DNA of 64,000 nucleotides from Selaginella moellendorffii. Its lineage: Eukaryota; Plantae; Lycopodiophyta. The translations under genes were made by a program, and so were the position numbers. Of this stretch, positions 24,894 to 36,399 are shown piece by piece (the stretch's first letter is position 1; each line of letters opens with the position of its first letter). The DNA is taken from contig NW_003314299.1 of assembly GCF_000143415.4 (NCBI RefSeq), forward strand, positions 1,347,502 to 1,411,501, given 5' to 3'. The notes under the pieces were generated by a model. That model saw nothing but the letters and a program-made list of their open reading frames with translations, did no database searches and had not been told where the DNA came from.

Positions 24894-26107
24894 CAATTCA
24901 GTAGCTTGATAAACATGCAAATACAGAACTTGATGCAAAATCCTTTGATATGTCACAATGCCCCTAGGACCATAAACACATTTCAATAGAGAGGGTCCTT
25001 TCATTTCATAACTCCTTACGTAGATCTTGGTGAAACCAGAGTTAGTGAAGTTAGTTTCTTGTGATCCCGCATCTGATTGTGATGTCCCTTTGCAGTTTCG
25101 ATGGAAAGGTCAATGCACACCAAACTGTGAAATCTTGGAGCAAAATAACGGTCGGATCTATGGCAAATGCCCCTGAAACATTGTAAGGCTCGTGTGGTCT
25201 CATGTGGTGTCCGATTGAGATGCTTCTTTGCAGGGTCATCAAGAAAGACATTGTATACCATTCTGTAAAATCTAGTTGCGATCTAACGGTTGGATCTCCA
25301 GAAAACTCAAAAAAATCTCGCGCGTGTCAGAATATCCTAGGAATATACTCCTATGTGCCCCTGAAAATGGCATGCGGCCCCACGCCATTCAAGAGATAAT
25401 GCCAGATGACGCCGAGAATTTTTTGGTGCATTTTTTAGGTTCAAAATTGCATGAGCCCACACGCTATAAAGTTTATCTTTGCCAAATAGAGAAAAGTTTA
25501 TCTGTGTCATGTGAGGTAGTTACAGTCCTTTGTGCTCGGCATCTGCCTCTTGCAGCATTTGCACTGAAAGGGAATTTTTCTCCATTCAGCATTTGGCCCT
25601 GAAAATGGCATGCGCCCACACGCCATTCAAGGAATAACGCCACAGGACGCCTGGATTTTTGGGTTTAAAATGTTTAGGGTTTTTTGGGTTTTTTCAAAAT
25701 ATTTTGGGTCCAACGTTTTTTGGGTTTCTTTGGTTCAAAATTGCATGAGCCCACACGCTATAATATTGATTTGAGAGAAAAATAGAAATAGATAGAATTT
25801 CTTTATTTAGCTGAACATCTGCCATTTTTGGAAATACAAGATGCTTTGGAATATCCAATCATGCATGGTATAAATATAGCGAGGGTATTAAATGATATCC
25901 CAATCATGATCTTTCTTTTGGATTTCGCGTGCATGCAGTCCGAGGAATGATGACGTTGCGGATTTCTTTTGGATTTTGCGTGCTTGCATGCGCGCGGCAA
26001 TCCAGAAATTAATGGTGGCGCCCAAGTCCGAGGAATGATGACGTGGCGGGATTACCAACCGTTGTGACATTTCGCGCGTGTGAGGTTAGGTTTTGCATTT
26101 TGCTTTG

Positions 26108-26282
26108 TACTCGCGCTCGCACACTCGTGCTCGCGCTCGCATCACACTCGCGCTCCCGCTCGCATCGCGCTCCCACTCGTGATCACGCTCACTTCTCTAC
26201 AGGTTTCTCGTGTGCATCGGCGTCCACTCGCGCTTGCATCACACTCGCGCTCGCATCGCGCTCGTGTGCATCGGCGTCCACT
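26108..26282. repeat. CpG-rich short repeats (CACTCGCGCTCGCATC-like) upstream of the cargo gene
   Basis: Repeated ACTCGCGCTCGCA and CTCGTGTGCATCGGCGTCCACT units. Confidence 0.75.
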
Positions 26283-26490
26283 TCAAGACACACCCAGTTT
26301 GTAACTTCGCCGCCAACTCCGCCGCCCACTCCACCACCCACACGCAGCCCACTTGGCGTCCCGGGAGATTTCAGCACCACTCTCCAACTGTAAGTGGCAG
26401 AGTAGCCTTGCTGCTACGATCCGCTGCACACACAGTGCACATTCGCCAGCGAGTCCGGCCTCGATTGTCACGGCCTCCATTCGGCTTCAA

Positions 26491-29400
26491 ATGGTAAGTC
26501 TTTTAGACGAAGTAGAAAATGGCATGAGGCCACATGCCATTCAGTAGCAACATTGGCATGCACCGATTGGGCTCTCGAGTGCAGTCCGGTTACAGATGGC
26601 GTGTAGCCTCACGCCATCTTAGGATGCAGCCTCAAGACATCTGATGCAGTGGTGAATGGCGTGTGGCCTCACGTTATTTCCAGCTGCTAGCTTTTCATCT
26701 GTCAGCTCTAATTGTTGTGCATTTTTGAACAGGCGAGGAATTGCGTTCTTCTTCCAGCCACTGTCAATGTGGATGCAGAGAAGGGGGAGGAGCTCACCAG
26801 TTGGACTTTCGGGATGGAAGGCGAGGATCTGATGCTGTACAACACAGATGGTGGGAGAAAAGAATGCATGGGGATCCTCATCCAAGTGACAGACACTCCA
26901 TGCAGTTCTATGCAAGAATATGGACTGGCACTTGTGGTAGAGACAGCGTCCGCCTTCAAGATCCACCTTGCACATCCTAGCGGATTCCCGGAGGGGGGCA
27001 GCGGCTATGAGGAATTCCTAGAGGGAGCTAGGGAGAGGTTGTCCAGGAGGCCCGCAATTTCAAAGACGCTGCGGGTCTATGAAGATCACATGGAATCCAC
27101 GGACCTCACCTACGGCGATGTTCAAAAACTATATTCCAACATTGAGCCGTTGAGAGTGCCTCCAGTTTGCGAAGCGAAGGGGAAGGGGGTCGATCTGGAA
27201 ACTACCCCGAAGCAGAAAAGGGTGGTCAAGCTCAAGCCGACGTTCGACTCTGCTGCTCCAAAAAAGAAGCTACTCGGTGATGCCATTGCCTCGGGTTCGA
27301 ACACTACACCCACCAAAAAGAAGAGCTGCAAAGAGCAGAAAGAGCAAGAAGAGGCAGCAAAAATCGTCGCAGATAATAGTACTTGTTACTATTCCAACAA
27401 AGTATATACAATCGACGTGAGCCGTATCGAGATCCAAAGCAAATACAACCACAGGCTAGTATCTGATGAGTGGGTGGAGAAACTGAAGCAGAAGATGCTG
27501 GCAAGTCCAGTAACACCCGACATCGCAGACGTGATCCCCTACTACCGAACAATGAAGGGCGAGACGAGGTTTCCAGACTTGATCAATAGGAAGGTGTTGG
27601 ACGATCAGAACATCCGGTTCTATGCCGTCTCCGGGCAGCATTCTAGCTTGGCGATGCAACAGATAGTTGTGGATATTATGGTGGGCGAGGAGGTGAAGAA
27701 AGTCTTCAAGACAAGAGTTGTCCGCCTGATAAAAGGCAACTCGCCCCTCCGATCTATCATATACATCTCCCACGCGCAGAATGTCAAGCAAGAAACGTGC
27801 TACAAATCGGGTCTGCACGAGACATTGGCACGAACACGGAAGCTCTGGGTTCAACTGAAGAAGCCACAAAAACCAGGACAAGGACGTGCACTAGCAACTA
27901 GCGCCTGGCAGGTAAGCCTCGTTGCATGTGGCATAGCATGTGGCCTCACGCCATTTCCATTGCAGGAATTCTCGAGTCTTCTCTCGAAAACACTGGGGGT
28001 CAATGACACACTCAGCATCCATAACATTCTACTCGCGACAAAAGTTGTTTTTGACAAATGGGTAGATGTGCTAAGGAGGTACCATGACGGGGAGTTGCTA
28101 AACTCAATGGGTGTGGAGGACGGCCGGAAGCCCAATGATTTGAAGCTCAACGCCTTGCGTTTCTCGCGGTCTCTAGACGACGACGACCTTCTGACAGTGG
28201 CTAATGCTCTTCTACTTGGTGAGGTAGTCTTCAACAAGACCAAAATGACTCCCGGCCATATTGTGACATACGAGGACTTGTGCACGACTCTGAGAGCTCG
28301 TGCGCTATTGAAGGATTGGATCTTCGAGCAAGTGGCCGTGGCGAGGGTGAGCATCGACACCACGCAAGAGATGATGGAAGAGCTGGACTTGTCAAATGAA
28401 GACATCGACGAGTACGTGAAGGGGGCCCCCAAGTTCATCGATCTGCTGCGGGATGCCACGAAAAGTAAAGCTGAGAAGTTGGATCAGTATCCAAATTTCA
28501 TTAAGAGGGATGTCGACCGCCGGCTTCAGAAACAGCTCGACCCCGCAGCAGAGGCCTATCGAGAACCTTACCGGGTATACGTGAATTCGGATGAGGATCA
28601 AAGGTGGAGGAGCATCGTTTCCCGCGGAGATGAGCAGGTCAAGAACATCTTTTGTGTGATGGACTTCACAAACGAGGAGATCACTCATGCAGACGAAGTC
28701 AGCTCCATCATTGACTTAATGGTGGGACTTGCGGAGGTGGAATCTTCAGTCCACTATATGATCTACGACTCCGAATCCTATCACAAGTTCTGGAAGGCCT
28801 TGAACGAGGTGAAGGCTCGGTTGAAAGGCAAGGAGATGCGGGAGATCCATGGGATAATGGCTAAGAAGAAGATACCGACGAATGTCCGCATCTTCACAGT
28901 CGCCCTTGTTATTGGTCCTGCAGCAGAGTGGGACTGGAGTGACTTCCCAGCTTCGTTCAACAAAGCCGATCGAATTGATCTGAGGGAGGTCAATTTACCC
29001 GTGCCTGAGGAACTGAAGACGGCTATGGAGCTTTCGAATCCAAAGAAAGCTCCAGGTGCAGCATGGGAAATGCTCAGCTGGGTCTTCAACGCAATAGCGG
29101 GTGACTCCAAGGGCAAATGCGTTGTCGAGTACAACTGCGGCGGACTATTCTTTCGAGCCGCACTACTCAAGGGTGTCCCGTGTGTTGCGGTGACAAACTC
29201 CATTGAAGAGATGACTTCAATGGAGCATATAATTACAGTTGCCAAAGAAAAACAGTATCTTCTCTGCGAACCTGGTGAGTACACACTTTAAGTTTAAATG
29301 TTATCTCACAAGCTCTGTATGCAGGAGCGTGGCCACCCCCAGATGCTGAAACGGCGTTAACAGCTACTTTTGAAGATACCCATGTTGGGCCGAGCTCACA

Positions 29401-32078
29401 ACCTGCACAAGGTAAGGTCACGTGAGGCCTCACGCCATTTTGATTATAGATCGTTGTGAATATTTAGACACGAGGACTGAAAAGCGCACTGGTGGCGCGT
29501 CGAAGAAGGACAAACAGACAAGCAATAGGAAAAAAGGAGGTACAAATTATATTTGCAATGGCGTGTGGTCTCATGCCATTCCTTGGAGGAGACACTTCTT
29601 CAAAGGCAAAACAGGCAAGCACCAGCCAAGCTCAAACTGACAGTGGTCATAAAAAGCGAAAGCACGTTGGACAGTCGTCGGGATCAGAGGCGTTTGATTC
29701 GAAAAGGAAGAAGGGCAACGAAAAGATGATAAGTAATGCCTCGCGGTTATGGCGTGTGTGCTCATGCCATTCATTGCAGATCAAGGGCTGAGTGAAAGGA
29801 GCCAGTCACCACCTTCTGACTCAGATTCCTATGGCGGACTCCCCTTCCCCAATCTTAATGGAGAGGTACAATGGATGAGGGATGCTTTTCAAGTCAGGGC
29901 CACGTTTTTCTCATCTCGTCGTCTTCGAAGGGTGCAAGAACGTGCAGAAACCATGTTAAGACAGTCGGGTGAGGATACGGTCCTAGGTCACGCACTAAAA
30001 CAGGCTATGGATGTCTTGTATTTTGAGATGGAGACTCGGCCAGATGATTTTTCCAAGATGGTCCTGGAAAAACAAGCAATCCAGCCTGAGCAGCCTATGG
30101 AAGAAATGCAAGAGGGGGATGAGGAGCCAGAGAAAGATAATGAGCAGGAAGAGCAGAAGGACGAAGAGGAGGACGAAGAAGAGGAGGACGAAGAGGACTT
30201 GGATGGTCCTCACAATGGTGACGATCACAATAACGACGATGACGATGATGACGATGATGGCCAGCCTGAGGTGGCCAAAGAGCAGCGGAGGAAGGTCATA
30301 CAAGACAAACCATCAGGTAAATAATAGTACATCCATTCCTAACCTTTTACCATTTCTAACATTGTCCATGTAGGTCGCAGAAGAAATGGTAAGTAGAGAT
30401 TATTCAGTTGAATTAAGATACAAACTCTAGCCTTTAGTGTCGAGGAAGGATAGTGCCAAGCAAGGGTCGAAACGTATGTCCAATCCTTCAGAATCAGCAG
30501 TGCGCCCAAGTGATATCGGTCCTAGTTCCTCAATAGCAGTTGATGGTAAATACAGTATAGTCGATTCAATGTGCTAATGAGTTTGTTTTTAGTAGCACGG
30601 GAGGATACCATCTCAATCGAAGGGAGATATTTGGACATGCATATGGATCCGCCAGTGGACTCTACTTGCCTGCAAGAGTCATCAGAGCTGGTGGAGGCTA
30701 CTATCCATATCAACGCCAAGCAAGCTGACCACGCTCCACTTGATGCTGCCCATACCACTGAGTCAATCTTGTCCACGTATCCAACTGATGGTGACCAGGC
30801 GCCATTGGACCCGCATGAGGCCGCCCCAGCCGCCGAGCCGGTCGTATCCTCATTTCCAACGTGTGCCCAATCGTCTGACTACGCGCCGTTGGAACCTCCC
30901 TACACCGCCCCTGCTGCCTGTTCGGTCATGTCCACTTTGCCAACGGAGGCACCAGCTGAAATGGCGTGTGATCACACGCCATCGGAACCACCCCATGCCA
31001 CTGTTGAGCCAGTTGTACCAGAGTCTACAGCTGAAATGGCATGTGCCCACACGCCATCGGATGCGATTGACCCCACATTGCAGAGGAGAGTATTTCCGCC
31101 CTTCACGTTTCCTCGACCAAAACCCTCTGAACGACCATCGGGAGCACCATTCGCTAATATTGTAGATGGTAAAATTGACTTGTACCATTTTTTATGCTAA
31201 CGCATTTCATTTCAGAGTCACGGCGAAAGTACTGTATCGTTTTTGATCTGAACGGTGTCCTTTTCTCCCATGAGCGTGGCTCGTCCTCGAATGTCACTGC
31301 ACCCTCCAAAGCCTGCGGTCGCAAGTTGGTCAAAAGAGACAGATTCACATTAATCACACGGGAGAAACTGCGGGATCTAATAATGACCATGCGACACTTA
31401 AAACAGAGGGCCGGGTTCAATTTGCAATTGGGAGTTTGGACATCCATGATGCGCCACAATGCATTAACGTTGCTACAGATGATGCACGATCAGACGCGAG
31501 TAATATTACCATTTGACTTTCTCCTAACGCAGGAGGATTGCTTGACTATGGTCCATGTGAGGGGTAGCAAGCCCATCTTTGTCAAGGCAGAGGCTGTAGT
31601 GATGAACCGGACTGCTAGGTCAAGTGAAATCCTCATCATCGATGACTCGCCGATTAAAACTGCAGCGAACACCCACACATATGCAGTGCACCCCATCTCT
31701 TGCAGTATGGAAACTAGGGAGAAGAAACCATATGTTCTGGGGGACCTTGCAAAACGGCTTGAAGCGATGGTGATAGAGAACCGGCCAGTCCAGGAGGTGG
31801 CTGCAGAAATCAACCAAATGGCAGATGGAACGGTATATCAGAAGCCATTTGATCGAATAGACACCAGTCATCATTTATGGCATGTATATTGTCTAGCCAA
31901 GCACTATCCGCATCTCCATAATCTGCTCAACCGGATGGGTTCTTCGACCACTGAACATGAGCGTGGACGTATTAGAGAAGAGATGGCATTACTATTGGGT
32001 TTAAATCCTGATAGTGTGGAGAGTGATGAAATTCCAAGATTATTGTATAGGCGTTGGAGGCAAAAAATAACAGTCTGA
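26491..32078 (+). CDS. Transposon cargo protein, ~1630 aa: ParB/Srx-like + degenerate amino-MTase-like + acidic linker + FCP1/NIF-like HAD phosphatase
   Basis: Manual splice model that stays in frame: 26491-26493, 26733-27911, 27966-29274, 29325-29411, 29468-29539, 29589-29732, 29780-30316, 30374-30388, 30438-30545, 30593-31168, 31216-32078 (4893 nt). Motifs: FYAVSGQHSSLA, KGKCVVEYNCGG...GVPCVAV, IVFDLNGVLF, LGVWTSMM, ILIIDDSPIK. Confidence 0.75.
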
Positions 32079-32485
32079 GATGGCATGTATTTATTTAAAA
32101 ATGTAACTTATTATGGCATGGGGTTCCATGCCATTGTATTAATATTAAAAGACAATTCTTTGAGAGGATTTGCATTATACTAGAAGTGTTACAGCATGTT
32201 ATTGGAAGTCTACGAAGTTGTTTTATTAATAAGGGGAAAGTAAAGATTGAATGGGGACTTGGGCTCCACCTAGACTCGGAGCAACTGAGCCAATATTAAA
32301 AGGATGGAAAGAAATTGGACGACGATGACAAGGAGAAGAGAGAGGTGAAGCAGTGAGAAGTGATTGAGTAGACATTTCCTTGTTTAAAATAAAATGGCAT
32401 GTGCCTCAATGCAGTTGAATTTTGTTATATTTATATACTATATAAAGGTTTGGAAACCTTATTTTACAAGTGGGATAATGACAAT

Positions 32486-32513
32486 TCCCACTTTAACGAA
32501 ATAGAGCTTAGCT
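32486..32513 (-). repeat. Right terminal inverted repeat
   Basis: TCCCACTTTAACGAAATAGAGCTTAGCT. Confidence 0.92.
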
Positions 32514-35500
32514 CATCTTAACCTTTAATATTATGAATAAATGCCTCCAAATAAGCTGGGATCTCTATTAGAAACTCTCTCTCTAGGTAATTTATGAGTG
32601 CATGCTAACTTCCAACAAATGTTTTTAGCAATATAAGGATCTAAGGTTGACTTTGAGATTTAGACGAAGTGAGTGACTTTGTTGAAACAATCCATAACAA
32701 CAAATATAATGTTATTGCTTTATATGTAATGCATAAATTTTCTTTTTCCAATTTATTAACTTACTTTGTCTATTTGATCACCTTGCCTTAACCTCAGTTA
32801 AGTTAAAGTTCATATCTATTATACCAACTTCTACTTAATTTTACTTGGATTCAACTATTTATTGTATGAGCAATGGAGTGTTAACCATCCTTCCACGAAT
32901 TCCCAAGTTTTCTCCCAATCCCCCTCCCTGGATTAGACTAAACTATAAGTTCAACTACACTCCCTATAAGTATAAATAGCCAAGCATATTAAACTTTCAA
33001 GTTTTTAATATTCTTTGGTACAATAAGACTTATTCATTAGATATTTTAAATCCCAAGCCTTGGATGCATCTTTTACTTCGAAACCTTAAAGGGAAACACT
33101 ATGGCCTAATAGCCTGATATAGGTACTCCTATTCCCCCACCTCCATCCCTTATGAAGGAACAAAAACCAATAAGTTATATAATATTTCAATAAAGCACCA
33201 CTTCATATAAACCAGAAACATTACAATTAAATTCCTTTCTAGGAGTGGGAATTACTCTTAAGCACTTCCCTAAGAGGTCTCTCAAGCACCCCTTAAGCCC
33301 TTGCTCACTCCTGCCCAAAGCTATTAACCCTCATCCCAAACTTAATTTGGTTTGAAAACACCATTAGAGTGTTATTTCCCCCTAAGGAAATAATCACTTT
33401 GGGTTTTCACCCCATAACCTCTTTTAATATTTAGACTTGGTCTTAGACTTGATCTTGAACTTAATTTTTGACTCAGTCTTGGTCTCGGACCCAATCTTAG
33501 ATATCAGATTCAATCTCAAACTCAGTTTCAAACTCGATTTAAGACATGATCTTATATGACAAATTCTATTTTGTTCAAGTATTGATTTTAAGGGATCCTA
33601 CATCTTAGAGAGTTGGTTCTTTACACTATATTTACAGCAGTCCCCTTACAAAATCAATAATAATACTAACAAATAACCTTAATAATAAATGCAATAGTTT
33701 TAGTAATACCACCATCTCCATCTTTATCATTTGACATATAAAGCACTCTTTGATCCTCTTGTAAGCACAAAGCCAATAATGATCTTTATTAGCAAATGAT
33801 CTTGCTATCACCTTTTCAAGATCACACTCCAAAGATCACATTTCAAGATACATTTTCATGAAGTGACCTATGCAACTTGATTGTCTTGGTGTAGACTGTG
33901 TGGGGGTTCTGGTGGTGACAAGTAGCTCAAGACAACTCAAGCACTGGGGTCATCATGTCGTCGTCTTCAGCTACAATGATGAAAGCAACTAAGTGTTTAT
34001 TACCTTGGACTGCATCCCACACCTTCGCCACAACAATATGATTAACAAAGATGTGGGGTTCATCCCATCGTTGCCTATGAATGCAAATTGCGATATTAAT
34101 AAGAATTGCAATCAATCACACTTGAGCTGCACTAATGCATTTACTACTTTATGTAGGGATATAGAGCCATGAGTTTGTACTCTTCATGAACTTCATAAAG
34201 AACTCTCCAGTTGGTGATGGCTTTTAGGACATATGTATACTAGGTGTCATACACTACAAATGCAACTAAACTAAAGGAGAAGCAATTAAAATAGAAGCTA
34301 ATTCAAATACAAGATAAAAATTCTCAACCTTAGCAAAAGTTTCATGGATGGTAAAGGAGGGTAAATTAGCTTTCATAGAGCTGGCACTAAGTTCTTCAAT
34401 AGCAATCTCCTTGCAAATTTCTTGACATTTCGTGTGGGATTTACTAGCTTATATGCAATGTTGCTGAGGAAGTATTCTAATTGCTGACAGACCTATTTTT
34501 TCTAGGGGTTTCATTTAATAAAAGTAATTAATGAGTAAAACATTAGTGGTTTTGTGAAGATTATTATAATAATCTTTCTACTTGAAACCACAAATGGATT
34601 TTGTATTATAAAATCGGGAGAAGAGATCAAGAGATGTTGATTTCTCGCATCCAATTCTCCATAATTTCTTAGATTTTTGGTATAATCTTTGTCACTCTAA
34701 ATTTTATAAGTGCTTTTTCTCATTGCTTGTATCTTTAAGTATACACAAACATATGAGTCTCTAGCATTGAAAAGAAAGAAATAACAATTTTACCTCTTTT
34801 GAGATAGAGAGGTTTTGTCATTGTATCTATTTTCGTTGTCACTTGGCTTTTGATTCGTCGACACATTTGTGAGCTTATCATTGTCGACATTGTCGCTTGT
34901 TTGAATTTTCTTGTTTTTCCTAGATGCAAGCAGGAGGTTATAATCAAGCACTTTGAAGAGAGTGATTTTTGGACCTAATTTCTCGGAGATGCTTGAGAAA
35001 TAGGTAAGTTTTGCAAGATGAGCCTTTGCTCTTGAGACAAGAGCAAATCACATTATGTCTTGGCATTCCATTTGCCTCCCTTTTTTTTTCTCCTCCTTTG
35101 TCAAAATGTGTGCTTAGGCTTCTTAAATATGTACTCATTCTAGAGCAACACAATTATTAAGCAATATTCAAGATAAAAGAAACTTGATGTTATTTCACTT
35201 GACTAACAAGATGAGAATGCTTTAGTGGTGTGTTTGAATGCTCTAAACTCAAATAGTGCTCCCAAGCACTAAAAACATCCTCTTTCCTAGCTTTTAGTTA
35301 CCACCACTTTTACAACCAAAAGGTTATGTAGGCACACATAAAGCATTAGGAGCACAAAGTGTCTATAACAATGTCAACATTTTGTAAACTTTCACCATAA
35401 AAAAGCATGAGAGTTGAGTGTTAAAAGTATAATACTTGTTTGCCTTGAAGATTTCATTATCAGATACTTGTAACTTGACTTGGATTTGCTCTCTAACCTA

Positions 35501-36399
35501 TCAGACTCTTGTTCTCGAGTACAAAAAATAATGGCTCTCCAAAGATTTTAACCTATGGATAAAACTACTATAGGAATCCTGTGTACATCATTAGCTTAAT
35601 AGTCATTAATATTCTTTGCAAGAAAAATTTGGGAACATTAAAACATTTTCTAAGAAGAAAGTATTCAAACCTTATCAATCTTGTAATAAAACACTTTTAA
35701 GATTTTGAGTTCCAATTTATCTAGATTTGTAAACCCTTCAATTCATGTAGAATTGAGAGAGCTAAAGTTGTTATATTTAGTATCTAGTTGCAAAAGTTAG
35801 TTGTTTATGGTTGTCATCTTGAAAATATATTTTATAACAAAAGGTCTTATGTTGTCTCATGAGCATATTTTTGTTTTTCTATTTCCTTATTTCTATTTAA
35901 ATAGCTATAAAAAATATCTCTTTCAACACTTTTTCTCTTCCATATTATTTCTTTTTAAGTTTTCTCACTTTCTTCCCTTGAATCTAAAGCTTTAAACTTG
36001 TTTTACTTTAGAGGAGGGGGTAAAGGGGATAGATGAGATTTCAACCCTAACAATGGAATAAAGACAAGTTGATATAGTAGTGGAGTGAGGATGAATGATA
36101 TAAATTGTGGAATGAAGATGAGTATAGTGAGTGCAAATAGAACATTCAGCCATGATATAGTGAGGTTAAACAAATATGATAATAGAGTCATAAATGGTAG
36201 AGTGAAAACAAGTATAATGCGTCTAAACAAAACTAGTGTTTTAAAACTTTTTTTCTTTAAAGAAGGGGATAAAGAGGATGTGAAGAATGAATAAGATGAG
36301 TTTGACTTCTTATATGCAATGTTGGACAAAAATGAAAGTTGTTAATTTAAATTAATAGTGGTCTAAAAGGTTAAGTGAAGGGAAACATAAAGATAGGTT

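Larger units (their letters stand above)
19517..32415. repeat. Dispersed 22-bp palindrome family ATGGCRTG-N6-CAYGCCAT (~24 copies)
   Basis: Starts at 19517, 19833, 19922, 21745, 21802, 23648, 23718, 23816, 24503, 25367, 25446, 25605, 25740, 26519, 26596, 26656, 27933, 29417, 29558, 29749, 30961, 31036, 32113 and 32394; some copies carry 1-3 mismatches. Confidence 0.92.
19287..32513. mobile_element. ~13.2-kb TIR DNA transposon (Sola/DUF7869-like transposase) with large cargo gene
   Basis: AGCTAAGCTCTATTTCGTTAAAGTGGGA (19287-19314) is the exact reverse complement of 32486-32513. It encloses two divergent intact genes and ~24 copies of an element-specific palindrome; flanks are decayed AT-rich DNA. 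Confidence 0.9.

Noticed and set aside
28560-29274. Active DNA methyltransferase
   Set aside because: No DPPY/NPPY/SPPY and no intact FxGxG motif; kept only as a possible degenerate fold.
19517-32415. Palindromic repeats as a CRISPR array
   Set aside because: Spacing is irregular (tens of bp to kb), the variable part is inside the repeat, there are no cas genes, and the context is eukaryotic with introns.
19517-32415. Palindromes as individual MITE insertions
   Set aside because: Only 22 bp long, with no consistent flanking target-site duplications seen.
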